DNA of 64,000 nucleotides from Camelus dromedarius (Eukaryota). A program made the position numbers and the translations under genes. The notes under the pieces are model-generated. The model saw only the letters and a program-made list of their open reading frames with translations. It was not told the DNA's origin and ran no database searches. Where the stretch lies: assembly GCF_036321535.1 (NCBI RefSeq), contig NC_087437.1:68202001-68266000 (forward strand), read 5' to 3'. Shown here in pieces: positions 39,501 through 53,539 of the stretch (position 1 is the stretch's first letter; every line of letters begins with the position of its first letter).

Positions 39501-42500
39501 TATTTCCAGCAAACAACAGATAAACAAGGAACTCAAATAGAAGAGATTATACAAAATTTAGTCTACTTATTAAGTTACCACAGCAAATATAATACTTTGT
39601 TTATTAAAGTAAGTGAGCATTTAAGAATGCTATTGTACTGCACTTTGTACAGTTGAGGGAGGTTAAAGAGAGAGGCAAACGGTCCTCTACTGCTGCCTAG
39701 ATACAGGGTGGAAATCACAGGTCTGTAATGGGGACCCAGCCCACAGAAACTGTCAGTCAGTCTCCTGAAAAGGAGAGGTCATCTCTCTGCTGATGCAGAG
39801 ATGAACTATGATCTGAACAAGGGCTCTTACCTCCACCCCCATGTACCTTACATACTTTCCCCATTTTGCTGGAATTTTAGAGTCAGGGGTGACTAATTCC
39901 CTGTGCCTCACCCTACACTGGACTACATATATTATCTTGCAAGTTTGATATTGTGATCCCCCCATCTTTTTTAAAGAGGAAATTGATTCTCCTAGAAATT
40001 GGATAACTTTCCCTCATCCATGAATCCATAAACTTCAAAGTTAGGACTTCAGCTTATACAAATTCCACTATTTCTACACGCAGCCAAATTACCTGCAGGT
40101 GTCTTATCTCACTCAGGGGAAATAATTTAGATAATGAATGCATTATTCTTTGGTGTACATTTCTCAAACTATGAATGTTTTAAATAATGAAAAGATTAAA
40201 ATTAAAGCAAAATTTTGAGAAAGTAGCATTACATGATTCTCTGAAATGTGCTTTCATCCGTTTAAGAAAGCACTGTTAACAGTTTAGAAAAAGTTTCATC
40301 ACCTTTCCTAATGGTTAAATTAGTTGATGAGACAAGGATAGAGATGAAAAGGGCTTGTTAAAGATATAGATTCTTAGGCCACTGCTCCTGGGATTCTCCT
40401 TCCTTCAGAAGGACTAACAGAGCTCGGGAAAATGTAATTTTTACAAGGGCCTCAAATGATTTTCACCTTAGTGAAAATATGTTTCTAGGCCAATGGGTTT
40501 CATACTGCAGGGTATCCTGATAGATCAAAAGTAAAGGTTGTGGTCCTGCAAGTGTTGAGTGGGGTTGCCCAGGATATGCATACTTCACATGGGCTTCAGA
40601 TAATTCCCTTGTGGTTGGTCCTTAGAGCCCTTTTTGAGAAACCTATTTTATATTAATTTTTATAAAGCATCTGGTGTAGATGGTATTGGGGACATATACA
40701 AGTATATGTGTCCTTTGTATCCAAAGGGGTATAGGGGAGCTGGAATAAAACAATTAACAATAATGTTTAAAAAATGAAAAAAAAAATGGACATGGAATTT
40801 ATACAGGAAGGACATGGATAACTGGAGACGTCTCCAGAGAGGATACACCCTTAGTCTGGATAGTTAAGAAAGTGTATGGTTAATAAGGTAGATGAAAGGC
40901 TTCCAGATTGAGGAGAGCAAGGAGAGGAACTGAAGTAGGAAAGAACAAGGCATTAGACTCGGGGAAAATGAAGAATGTATTTGGAGAGGGAGCATGAGCC
41001 CCAATGATAATGTGGCCTCTGAGTTTCTCAGCTTAAAACCTTGAAGGGACAGGAAAGGGGGAAGACAGGAAGTGATGGATGGTGCCCTCCTATAATATAT
41101 TACAGCATATACATTGACCTTTCAAAGGTTTAGAAACCTCTTAAATTAGGGTTGACATATACTAGATAGACTGGTTGTTGAGCATTTGTCGGCCCAACTT
41201 TTAACAACTTCAGTTGATGGATGAGTGCTTTGCCTTGTCTTCCCAAACTGTTCTCTTCAACGTAGGCTCTTAATCATCTAGGAAGGAAGAAAAGAGAAGC
41301 TGTAGTTCACAACTTTCTTGGAATAGAAACTAAAATGCAGATTTCAGGGCCTTCTGCCAGATCTGTAGATCTTCCAGAAATCTTAATTTAAGACAATGTC
41401 CCCAGACAAATCTTGTGTACCCTATAGTTGAGCATGGACTTACAGACTGAGGTTATATATTAAAACATGAATTTTTCTCCCAACTTCCCTTGTACACATG
41501 CAGGTAAATACACACATTCATACTCAACGTTCTCAATCAGTCCTTTGGAGCCACCTCAGTGAGGAACCTCTTCAAGGATTTTCTCAGGTCATTGTAATAC
41601 TCTTATGTTTGACATTATTGCAGGGTATTTTGATACAAGAGAAATTCTCCAAGCTTATGCGATCCCCCTCCCCTCTTTTCCTGTCTCTGAATTCATTTAC
41701 AAAGACTGAAACTTTTTAAGACTGAAATTCTGAATGAACATTCACCAGACTGGACCAATATCATTTCACTCTCCTGTGATGGCCAGTGTTCCTATTGAGG
41801 AAGAATGATAAGGCTTTATCCTGACCTGTGCTGAAAGGCTAAAAAACTGATTGTCTTAATAATGTCCACTGTGTGTAATGGCCTTGATCATATGAACAAA
41901 TACAGATAATTAGCTGTGACTGTATTAATTAATCTTCCAAAGAGATATAAACTTTAGCATACACAACAATGAATTGAAAAAGATGCATGCGGATTTTAGC
42001 TGAATGAGTGATGTAAGTATGTGTGAAGGAGAGAAATATTTGAGAGCAAAAATTATTCTATATGCTAAGGAATTTTTTCTTTGATTTATTAGTCCAAATA
42101 CTGGTGTATGTATGTGTGTGTGGGAGAGGGTAAGGGAGAGACAGAAAGGGATTAGACAACTGAAGACTTTGTTATAAGACTTTGTATATTGAAGATTAAT
42201 CATTATCTACTATCTTCTTTGAAAATTTTGTTAAATAATGAAAATATGGTAGAATTTGTTAGAAATACATTTAGCATAAATAAAATGAAACTGTTAAATA
42301 ACAAGAACATCATAAATATGAATCTGGCATTAGGGAATGTGAATCTTCAAATGAAAGGAGAGGAAGATTTGCTGGACTAAGTTTTTACCATAATAATTAC
42401 AACCTTAGACAATTGCCATTGGGACTCACGGCTCTAATTCAGATGTGCTGGGAGATTATGGTATAAATCTCTGCCATAACAAGCAGGAGGGAGGACAAGA

Positions 42501-43985
42501 GGTCTGCATAACATTCCATTTGGTAAGATGGATGTATTCAGATTGGAATTGGAATGCTTAACCGTCTAAATCAACACACATTTATGCTTGCTTTTGAGTC
42601 ATAATCAGATAATGGTAGGTGGTGACCACAGGAAGAAAAGAAGAACGTTGTACACAAAATAATGTTTAGGAATTGAACATTTCTAGGGTCCAAATATAAA
42701 ACATGTATTCAAATCTATCCGTTACTGGTCCTGCCTAAAAAAGTACTTGTCCAGCCATCAAGACAGCACAGGTGAAAATGTTAGGACCTCTAAATATTCA
42801 TAAAACGTTTTGCAGCTTGTGAAGATGCCATTTGTTGTTCTAAACTTACACAAAACAACCTAAAATAAGTAAGTCTTGTCCAATATAAGACCTACTACAT
42901 GGTCATAATGAACTGTACAGGGCCTATGGGGCTTTTAGGCAATGCAAATACAACTGTTTGCAGTGCTCATTTCTGAATCACTATTTTTGTGTTTATTTAT
43001 CCAGCACAGATGTTCTGGCTCATTGAGAACCAAATGGTTTGTGTAGGTGGCCATGTTCTCATGGTCAAAACAGCTCATGCGGAGATATGTGTGTTCACTC
43101 CGCTAATGCTCCCATCTAGGAATAATAATGGATGGGAATACACTTTAATTCAGCACGTATGGAGCGCCTATCATACATAAGAGATAGTGGAAAAGACTTA
43201 GATTCTGGTCTCATTTGAAGGGAGGAAGCAGGCAGCGTTGTGCTTTCAATTGTTTAATTGGAGGGGAATATTCTGTCCAGCAGAATAGTAGCCTTGATCC
43301 TGGGAACCAGAGCATGTCATGATTGAGAAAGTCCTTTCTCAAGCCAGGCTGACAGATCTGAGCAGGCATGGTATTCTCCTAGAGAGTGCATATTTGTAGA
43401 GTGTGCAGGCATAGATAGTCAGAAGAAGCCTTGGGCTTCTAACTGAAGGCAGTGGTAGAACTTGAGAACGTTTTCATGTTATTCCTGAGTTTCTAAGAGT
43501 TCCAGTTACCTCTCAATCTTACTGAGATTCTCCAACAGCTTAGAAGTATGTTGAACCCTGAAAGAAGACAGAGATGATGAAAAGAGCAGGGACCTTATTG
43601 TTGACATTTCAAATCTCCTGGGTGAATCCTACAGTTGATCCAAAGCAAGAGTTGACAGGAGAGGAATGTATTTTCCATATGGCTCCAAAATATGCTTGAT
43701 GCTTTCATGAATCTTCAGAGTAACACTGGACACAGATAATCAGTGGCTGTGCCACTGCAGCCCTATTTAAATTAATAAGAACATCTCTGGAATTAGATTT
43801 TCTGCAGGTGCCATATGCCTATATTGTTTTTGTTTAACATGCGTTGATTGGCTGCCTCTGCAAAAATACTTAGCAACTTCACTCTTTATGTGCAAATGAA
43901 ATTGGCTCCTTGAAAAGGAGAAGGGGTCAGCACGAATGCTTTCTAGGGTGTGAATGGGATATGTTTGATTTGTTTCTGGAGCCAA

Positions 43986-44365
43986 TTTACTCAGCTCAGG
44001 CTGCTGACACAAAACAGCATGGACTGGGTGTCTTAAACAACAAACATATTTCTTACATTTCTGGAGGCTGGGAAGTCCAAGATCAAGGTACAGGCAGATT
44101 TGATTTCTCAACAAGAGCCCTTTCCTGGCTTGAAGATGGCCACCTTCTCCCTGTGTCTTCCCATAGTGGAGAGAGAAAGGAGGAGGAAGCAAGTTGTCTG
44201 GTGTCTCTTCTTATAAAGGCAATAATCCCATTATGAAGGCCTCACCCTCATGACCTCATCTAAACTCAGTACCTCCCAGAGGCCCCAGTCTCCAAAGTCC
44301 ATCACAGTGGGGGTGAGTTAGGGTTTCAGCTATGAATGTGGGGGAACACAATTCAATCCATAGCA
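43986..44365 (-). mobile_element. MLT1A0-like MaLR solo LTR
   Basis: gactgggtgtcttaaacaac...ttctggaggctgggaagtccaagatcaagg...ctcatgacctcatctaaac...caatccatagca. Confidence 0.92.
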
Positions 44366-45239
44366 GGTTGTAACTAAAATTGGGTCATTATTTCAGAGAA
44401 CTTACAAGTATTTTCTTTGGTGTGAAAACATGGATTAAGGATCAAAAGAAGGACACTCAGTTGTATCCTACAGGTTTGTTTACTTCCGAATCTTCAGCTG
44501 TTTCACTGCCACTTTCTCTTTCTTTGGTTTAGACCATGAGATGAGTATCAAATTGTATTTAAAATTGCCTTTTAAACAATTATTAAGGAAACTCCCCATG
44601 TCAGAAAGAATACACAGCGTGAAGAATAGCATTCTGCTACTTGGAACTTAACAGAATAGCTGAAAGGAAGACATTGGAAGTCTGAAATATAGGTATCTTC
44701 TATACCCCCTCCCCTTTCTTACTAGCAATTTGTACCTCTCATCTTTTCCTAAGCACATCTCTTTTCAGAAGCCTTTAATGACACCTGCCAGTTCTTCACT
44801 CTTCTAGGCTGGACTACTTACTCTTGAATTTTATGACTTTAATACATTTTTTTCTTTCCTTAAATCATTGTTGACAGTATAATCCAATTCTTTTGAATTC
44901 CCTCAAATCACTCACTGTTTTACATTTAAGACATTGTCCTTAGGTGGATTTCATCTGGTCTGTTTTAATGTGCTTGTCAGGAGTGGGGATGCTTGTCCAG
45001 GGAAGCTCCCTGTTCAAGCTTGCATCAATAATCCAGCATAAAAGGTAAATTAAGACGGTTCTGTCCTAAAAGCTCATCATTATCTGGAGAGAGCTGTGTT
45101 TTCAGCAGCCCAAGTCCAAGCTTTATGTGTTTGGCTCCATTACATCAAAATTTGATTTGTCTTTTTTTTTTTTTTTAAGAACTCATCTCACTGAAGCATC
45201 TATGAACCATTAGTCACTGGACTCACTTTATTCTTTGAA

Positions 45240-45627
45240 CATCTGACCTATTTATAGAGCCTAGATTTCTAGAACATTTCATGTTCTTTTCTGCTTAGTC
45301 TCCAAACATGATATTCCTTCTGCTGGAATGCTATTCCCAACTCCTCTTGATGGGATCCTTCAGAATATTCTGCTTAATAATGATCACCTCCCGACAGGTC
45401 TTCCTCTGCTGTTACGTCCAATTAATGTCTGTCCCCAATATTCTCTATTGAAGTGCCCTCTTCTTACTCCATGACACTCATACACATCTGTTATTACTCA
45501 TTTTTAAATTTGTTTTGCATTTTCCTGTGTGTCCCTCCCTTAACTCTTTTGCTCTCCACTCCATGCCTGGCACAGAGTAGCTGCGTGATATACTTTGCTC
45601 AGTAAACGAATAAATGAATGAATGAAC
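45240..45627 (+). mobile_element. L2 3' end
   Basis: ccttctgctggaatgct...tgcctggcacagagtag...gaataaatgaatgaatgaa. Confidence 0.75.
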
Positions 45628-46712
45628 TAATTTTTGAACACGCATCACTCTAATTAATCTATTTCATCCTATCTACTGTTTAGCCTCAGAAAAATAAAAG
45701 TAAAATTTGAGGAATTATAAATGGATATTATTTATGCTGACACCTTTGAGAGTTCCAGTAAAAGTAATAACAATGAGGATGAGGTCTAGCACTTGAGTGT
45801 TTACTGTGTGCTGTGATGTGCTACCTAGCTTATTTTATTCAATCTTCATTTATTTTTTAACTGAGAAAGAGGAATACAGAGGTGAGGCTTTCAAAGCTTA
45901 AGCTTTGTGGTGCTTACTTACACTGCCTCCTTCCAAGACCCAGGTTGGGGTCTGAGCTATGTACTCGTAATCATTTGTGTGTTTGTGTTTGCTTTTTCAT
46001 AGAGACATTCTTCCCACAGTTATAATAAGCTTCAGGCCTTGTAATATCTGAATCTTTTCTGGAAGAAAGATAGTTGGAATTCCTATTGTACAAATGAAGA
46101 AATTGAAACATATTTCAAGTTAAAAAAAAATAAAGCTAGGAACAGATAGAAAGGGATTCTGAACCCAGACCATATAACCCAAGAACTTATGTTTTTACCC
46201 ATGATACCACATGGAAGCCAGCAAGTAAAAACAGATAAGTAAAAGGTAGGGCCTATGAGTACATGGCTCATATTTCTAGTAAGATATTCTTAAAAAAAAA
46301 AAAAAAAGCTTAGTTCTACAGGAGAGTGAATTTTAAATAAATAAAATCAAGGGTCAGTGTCCTCTCATTATGTCAGCCCTTTATTGGCCTCAATTTCCTT
46401 GAGCCTTTTGCTCAGAACTTCAATATGCAGAACTACAATTTGCCCTCATTTCATTTAACACCAAGTCAGCAACTTGGTAATTTTCCTAAGCTCCTGAAAA
46501 AAGTATATATCCTTGCTCACTACTGCCTTATTCTTCAGTTTCATCAGAGTGCTATGAATGAAGGTGGAGATATCTTATGCCAGTGTTCTCTTGTTTAACA
46601 GCTTAAAGGCTGCTATGAGTTGACCATCGGGTTGCATTGTAGCAAAAAACAAAAAACAAAAACAAATAAAAGTTCATATCACAAGCTGTCCTCAAGAGTA
46701 AGTTTTACTTTA

Positions 46713-46778
46713 AAATTTTTTTTAATTGAAGTATAGTTGATTTACGGTATTGTGTTAGTTGCAGATGTACAGCAAAGT
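46713..46778 (-). mobile_element. Very short L1 3' tail
   Basis: ttttaattgaagtatagttgatttac...tgtgttagttgcagatgtacagcaaagt. Confidence 0.75.
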
Positions 46779-47253
46779 TGCCACCAGTGACCTGGGAATA
46801 ATTCCCACACCCATCACCTCATTAGTTGCTTTTAGACAAATGACATAATTGTTTTAAAGGCATTTTGGAATTAGACGTGTAATACAAATCTAAGAATCAT
46901 TATATCACCAGTAAGCAGTTGAAAGCTCTTTAGAAATAACAGCATCTTTGTCAAGACAATAGAAATTGGCTATAGAAAACGAGCTTATCTGGGTAGCCTG
47001 ACTGATTTTTAAAAGATGTTAGAAATTAAAAAAAAAAAAACAGTTTTCAGTATAGTCAGTTTAGATTAATAAAGATTCTTTTTGTATTTATCTCATAAAA
47101 ATTAATGTCTCCTAATCAAATATAGTAACCTCCCCACCCTCCATCAAAGAAAAACCTGTCTTAAAAATGCTGATGCCAGTCACAAAGATAAGCACCAGTC
47201 TGTGTATAGTATGCTTACTGCCCACCCTCACTCCTGTAAAAGGGGTTCAGAGG

Positions 47254-48020
47254 TTCATTCGTTCATTTATTCATCCATCCAATATATATTATTTAAGAGC
47301 TAGTGTTATGTGCCAGACTTCTAGTATACCCCAGGTACACAGTGGTGAACAAAATGAGACACACTCTTCCATCACGAAAATTACAGCCTAAGAGAAAAAC
47401 AGACATTAATCAAATAATCATACTAACGAATTCATTATTTCAAATTGAGTTAAGTGCTTTGAAGGAGAGGAATGTGGTACTGTAAGAATTGATAGCAAAG
47501 TGTATAACTGGGGTGGGGGTGGGGATCAAGAAAGGCTTGCCTAAGGAAAGGCATGATCAGCTGAAATCCTAAAGAGGAAGACTTGACTAGGATAAGGAGG
47601 TGCGGGGCACATTCTAAGAGGAGAAACAGCATGGATGGTGTGGTGCATCTATGCACCAGACAGATGTCCAGGGTACATGACATGATGAGAGCCATAGACT
47701 CCAGACTTTTCAGTCTTTATCAAAAGAGTATGGGAGGCCACTAAAGAGTTTAAGGGAAAAGGAGTAATAATTCCACTTGTAAGCGAAAACATCTCTTTGA
47801 TTTGGTATTCAAAAAAATTGGAGGGGGCCAGAGTAGATAAAAGGAGACCAAAAAGAAGACTGTTACAGGCAAGAGATGACAATTGCTTGGACTGAAGTGT
47901 TGGTAGATCATACAGAGAGAAGCTGCTAGATTCAAGGGTTACCTCTGACTTGGTACTGCATGAATTATGGAGAATGAAGGAGAGGGAAGGACCAAGATGT
48001 CTCAAAGATCTCAAATACCT
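47254..48020 (-). mobile_element. L2(a) 3' region
   Basis: ttcattcgttcatttattcatcc...gggaggccactaaagagtttaag...aagaagactgttacaggcaagagatga. Confidence 0.88.
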
Positions 48021-50073
48021 AAAGTCTGCTGTGGCTCTTATATAATACAGTGGTACAAAGAGTGAAAACCTTTATTAAGGGATCTGCTTTCTCCACTCTG
48101 CTTCTTTACTGATTCATATAGATTATAATGCTCTTTCTGTGCCAATATTTATGCCAATTGAATAAATAAGGTCCTTGCCCTCAAGAGAGCACTGTTCCAT
48201 TGAATCATCATCGTGAAAGTAGCCACATTTATGTTCTGAGGAAGGTGGACAGAGTCCTGTTTTTGATGCACAAGACAGCTCTTTCTTCTGCTGGTGGAAC
48301 AGTTTTTTTTCAGAGCAAGCCTGATATCAGTTGTGCTTTTTACCAGAAGGACTCAAAATGTTTTGATTTTGAAGAAAACTCAGCTACCATTATTGTCTTG
48401 AGAAAAGTGCCCAAATTTTGTAGTTTATTTCATGAAAAGGCATGGCTGGATATGAGAAATGATTATAGATGTGTAATGTGCCCACTATCAATCAAATTCC
48501 AGGCCTAAGCAGTAGCAAGACACCCACAAAGCAATAGGACTTCTTTATCACTAGACCTGACAAGGAAGCAAATTCCTATATGGGGCTGAAAATTCAGGTT
48601 TTCCTGCTTGGTTTTGATTGTTTCTGGAAACATACATAAATGTGTTTACTGGGGTATTTTCACGCTCTGCTGTTATTCTTTTCCAGTTATTTGTGCTGAC
48701 AACTAAAGATATATAGTTGAGCATTTTTACTAAATAATTTCTTTTAAAGAAGAATATCCAGTGCTGATATCCGACATGGATTACTATACTAACTACAAGC
48801 TAACCATAAACTACCGATAACAGTAAACCAAATTGTCAGGTCAGAGCACATTTCATCTTTCCTTAGGAATTATAAGTGCTTTTTGTAGGAAGAAAAAATG
48901 CTTTTATTTACATACCTGGACATACAGCTGTCATCCAAAATCACTAGGTATGTGCCCCACAGAAACACAGCTGGGACATGCTGAAATACATGTCAATAGT
49001 CTTTTTTTTTTTTTTTTTAACACTTTAAGCATGCATTCATGTTTTTTATTTGGCAAACCTAACCTTCCATTGTAAAGGGGAAATGGTATGATTTGAAGTA
49101 TTTGTTTCATTGAATTCAACAGTATTTAATGTTATTTTTAATGTTTTTCAGAGAAGGAGATTTTTAAAAAGCAACTTAAAAGAAAGTAGACTTCTGTCCT
49201 GAAAGAATTATAGTCTAATAAATGAAAATAAGTTAGGTAACAGGTAAATATTAAGGACAAACTTCACCTGTCTTGTGGCCCCAGAAATGAAGTATTCTCA
49301 GAAGTAAGGATAAGTAAATGGTTCAGATTCCTGAGAAGTAAGTTTTTTTCTTTGTGCATCAAGGTTTTTCTAAACATATTTTAAAATTAAATATACATTC
49401 ACTTCAGTAGGAGTTAAATAAGCTAGTATCAACTTTCATTTTAAAGAATATCCTTCAATAACTGATTCTGCATAGCAGTATCATAATATCCAAGGTAATT
49501 TATGATAATTGGCCCTTGCTAATTTAGCAAGCAGAAATGGGTGTAATAAAATCTATTTAGATTGAACCCAATTTCTAACTGATGCTTCCATATTCACTGT
49601 ATATATAACAGTTATATTTTATTCAAAGATTTATATGGTATTGAATATCTCCAATTAAATTAGACTTTTGTTTCCCTAATGACATTTTGATAACATAGTG
49701 ATATTCTCACTTAATCTGTTTTTAATTTATTGGCATCCCTTTCTTTTAAAAAAAAATCTGAGTTTTTTTATCTACCAAAACTTTTGGAGATCTAAGATGG
49801 TCAGGGCTGATCTTTAAATATATACTTCTGTTAGTGGAATGTGTATTAATTTTCTTGCATAGTATGATTTGATAAAACCAGTTAAATATGCCAGTGCATG
49901 AGGTGAGTAGTTGGCTACAAAATTAGAACAAAGTGTGTATCGCTAAGAATAAATGACATAATGAAAATGTTTCACTATTTCTGAGAGTAGATGGTCAATA
50001 ATGAAACATACTTCATCAGCATACTGACAGTTAATAATAGAAACAATTTCCAGTGAGAAAATAAGTCTTTAAT

Positions 50074-50139
50074 TTAAATGGAAAACAAAGGACCTGAGTA
50101 TGAAATAGCAGATGCCCTATTGAATCTGTTTTTCTTTAG
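50074..50139 (-). pseudogene. Terminal exon candidate, coding part LKKNRFNRASAISYSGPLFSI*
   Basis: Strong acceptor gtttgttttttgtttttgttttttcag|CTA. Phase 0 matches the donor of exon 52133-51980. TAA stop, then an AT-rich UTR-like stretch with AATAAA. Confidence 0.6.
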
Positions 50140-51979
50140 CTGAAAAAACAAAAACAAAAAACAAACAAACAAAAAACAAATCCAAATCCAAGAAGGAAAC
50201 AGTGATTTGCCACTTTGTATAAGGTTAGAATTTCCTTCTGAATACTTCACCATACTCCCTTCTCTGGGATGCCTTCTACTTGTATTCAAATTAAAAATAA
50301 TGTTAATAATAAATTATTAGCATTGGCTCTGATAAGAAAATTATACAATTATCTTTGTCTCCAAGCAATTTATAAAATCATGAAGTAGATTTTTCTTGTC
50401 AACAGAATAAAAATGGTCGTTTAATGCTTCATCTAAGTTAGGAGAAGAAAAATACTTTCCAATTTTTAACAGACTTGAAAATCTAAGTGATAACCAAATA
50501 AAGTAGTAATACCAATTTGCTGTTGAGAAGAATTAAAAGAGCAATAAGCTTGCATTTGGAAATAAGCTTATTGCTGAAAATGCTAAACAATGTGTTTTTA
50601 ATCATTTAATTATAATTTGAAATTTTAAGGTTTTTTTGGTGTTGTTATTCTGTTTGGCTTGATTTTCCCTATAAGACTCAAAATGAAGTAGCTGAGGTAT
50701 TTATTTTTTTGTTTATTTTTTTATTTTTCCAGTGTTTTTTAACTTAGTGTTTCCTGCATCTTCATAGTCCTTAGAATGTTGTTCATATTAGGCATATCTG
50801 CAATACAAACAACTAGATTTCCTGTTTTCCTGTGTCTCTAATTGGTATGTGCAAATGGTATCTAGAGAACATAATGCCTAATTAATTATATGTCTTAGTT
50901 TTTTTCGGTTGAAAAAAATATTTCAGTTTTGAAGACTGCGTTTGTTTTAACCACAATTTCTTTTAAATAGTGGAAAAAGGAGAGGAGAGAACTCTCAAAT
51001 CTAACTCATTAACTAAATGACCTTAAATGTGGATAAGTCTGACATTATCTTGAGTCTGAGCCTTCTAACTTCTTATGAACCTGTTACTATACCTGGAGGT
51101 ACCTGGGTGCAGCTCCCTTGGCCATTTTATTAGACAACTATTCTTGACTTCTCCCTTTCCTACTTAGGTCCAACCCAACCTTGGTTACTCTTTCTTCCTT
51201 CACTAATCCACTCTCTCTCAGCAAGTCCTGTCACACAGTTACGTCCATGATGTCAAACCAACCATTTTTGGCATTTGTAATAAGTCTTCTCTGGGTTAAT
51301 CTATTCCTTTTATAAGGATTGAGGGGATAGTTGTAACGACTTTGGGTCTTTAATATACTTTCTAATATGCATTATGGAAAAGGAAAATGAGGAAAGTGAA
51401 CAAACAAAAACCCTGGCAAACTAAGCTGAGAGAATCTCTATTAAGAGGAGAGTAAAAAAGAAAGGTAAAATTAAGAAAAAAATAATACAAACAGAAAAAT
51501 TAAAGTCCAGTTTCAGTGCTATCCAACTTTTAAAATGAAGAACTATTTTTAAACCCATAAAATACTACAGTCTACCTATTGTGAGCCTGTTTTAGTAAGT
51601 TTAAAATAATCAATACTAGGGAGGTTACAATACCTGCTTTGAGTTTTTGAAAATTTTATTTATTACTGGTGAGAACAAATTTCATGTAGTAAGAAAGGAA
51701 TCAGTTGGTGGAAGAAATGTGTGGAGAATAAATGCAAGGGAAACAATTCTTTCATTTTTCCTTCTGTTGTGCCCTTTCCCATCCTCACATTCCACCTTTA
51801 CACTGCTCTCAAGACTCTGGGGAATAGATGCAGAGGATGCATCTGCCCATAGCCTGCGTTTAGGCTCTCAAGGGTCAGGGCACAGGCTTAGCAAAGCAGC
51901 CCTCTTCTCCCACTGTACCCTCAAGCCACCCAGCTTCTGCTCAGTATAGGATTTTACTCTTTGGCCTCCTCCTACTTAC

Positions 51980-52133
51980 CAAGTGCCTTGGCCATGATCC
52001 TGAACTTGGAGGGTCTTTATATTCCACCAAACCGATGCATGTTTTAACAAAATCTGAACTCAGAACGCAGTATCTTCTAAGTTGCTCCATTGGAAAGTAG
52101 CTATATTTGGTAGATAATTTTCTCATCTGTCTG
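51980..52133 (-). pseudogene. Internal exon candidate (154 nt, open frame) RQMRKLSTKYSYFPMEQLRRYCVLSSDFVKTCIGLVEYKDPPSSGSWPRHL
   Basis: Acceptor ggtttggttttcag|CAG (NAGNAG) and consensus donor TTG|gtaagt. One frame is open over 51 codons; the other two stop early. Confidence 0.65.
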
Positions 52134-52365
52134 CTGAAAACCAAACCTTTTGACACATTCTATTTCACTAATAATGCATCCAAGGAAAGGGTGAAGTATA
52201 TGTAGTTATTAAGGAATGCCCGTTGCTAGACAACTGTCCTAGAACAGCAAATTCATTTATTCTTACTAATTATTTTACATTTTCTAAATTTCTCAATATT
52301 AACAAGTCTCTTATCATCCGTCATTTGTTCTTGTTCCTTTTCCATTTCTAAGAAATAGACATATT

Positions 52366-52485
52366 AAAAAAATCAGCTACAAGTATATATTGTACAACAT
52401 GGGGAATACAGCAAATATTTTATAACTATAAATGGAGTATAACCTTTAAAAAATCATGTAATTAAGTACTAGGCTCTATAAAAAA
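52366..52485 (+). mobile_element. Short L1 3' end with 16-bp TSD (1 mismatch)
   Basis: atatattgtacaacatggggaatacagcaaatattttataactataaatggagtataacctttaaaaa plus an A tail. TSD AAGAAATAGACATATT at 52350-52365 and AAGAAATAGACACATT at 52486-52501. Confidence 0.85.
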
Positions 52486-52958
52486 AAGAAATAGACACAT
52501 TCATATTAACCTTATGAACAAGCCCATTTTGCAAAACAGGCCTTGGTACCCATTCCCTGAATCAGTTGAATTCTGTGTTCACCAGTTAAGTGAGCATATG
52601 TGCACTTTGGATTTGAAAAGATAGGGGCTAAGTTGCTGATGTGGGCAAGTCACACAGTCAGCTCATAAAGCCTTAATTAAACAAGCATTGTGCTTTCTTA
52701 ATTCTAGTACACTAAAATCTACAACATCCCTCAGGAATTTTTTAAATACCCAACAGAGCCTTAGCACCTCATTTAGCAACCATTGACTTAGGCCAGTGAT
52801 TTGGATGGATAATGTTTGGATTCAATTACTTTGAAATAAGGAAGCAAATAGAAGTCAAGTTAATTATCATATTACTTTAGTTGGGATGCTTTTTGAATTT
52901 AGAAAAAGGGGTGGGAGAACAACCTATGATGAACTCTATTCAGTAGGCTTTCAGATAC

Positions 52959-53103
52959 CAGGGCTTTCATAGTAAGCAGTAATTTTGTTGGTGGTATTGT
53001 CTCTGTCCCCAGGAACAATGGCCTCATCATTCACAGCACCAGCATCATCCCTCCTAAAAGAAGACTTCCTGGAGTGAAGACATTGCCATGGTTTTTAAAA
53101 ACC
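52959..53103 (-). pseudogene. Exon candidate GF*KPWQCLHSRKSSFRRDDAGAVNDEAIVPGDRDNTTNKITAYYESP
   Basis: Acceptor cctcactgcttctattactacacag|GGT is phase 0, matching the upstream exon. One TAA. The donor is uncertain (CCTG|gtatct, phase 1, does not fit the next exon). Confidence 0.4.
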
Positions 53104-53179
53104 CTGTGTAGTAATAGAAGCAGTGAGGTACCTGTTGGTACAACAAGCTTTGAATTAAACTGTATTATTTACTGGTGTG

Positions 53180-53405
53180 ATGGAAGGTGCTTAGTTGTGA
53201 AATCAAACAGACCAGTTCTAGTTCTAACTGGCCTCCTTCTCAGTTACATGCTGAGAAAATTACCGGACATCTATAGCTCTCAGAGTTTTGTTTGTTTTTT
53301 TTTTTTTTCCTGTGAAATTGGGCTAATCAAATCTCAAAAATATTATTATGGGGGCTAATGTAATGGCAAACAGTCTTGGCAATCTAATTGGCACTCAATA
53401 AATCA
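53180..53405 (+). mobile_element. MIR SINE
   Basis: gaaatcaaacagacc...ctgtgaaattgggctaat...ggcactcaataaat. Confidence 0.55.
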
Positions 53406-53478
53406 GAGCTTTTGAGGTTAGCAGTGTAAGGAGTAAGAAGAAAAAGTTTTAAATCTTAAATCTTAGCGTAATTTAGCA

Positions 53479-53479
<1 letters not shown>

Positions 53480-53520
<41 letters not shown>
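53480..53520. repeat. (CA)n microsatellite
   Basis: About 20 perfect CA units. Confidence 0.98.
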
Positions 53521-53522
<2 letters not shown>

Positions 53523-53539
53523 AAATGTGTACTCAGAGA

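Noticed and set aside
43767..44236. Overlapping 141-aa and 108-aa ORFs
   Set aside because: They lie largely within an MLT1A0 LTR, so they are repeat-derived chance ORFs.
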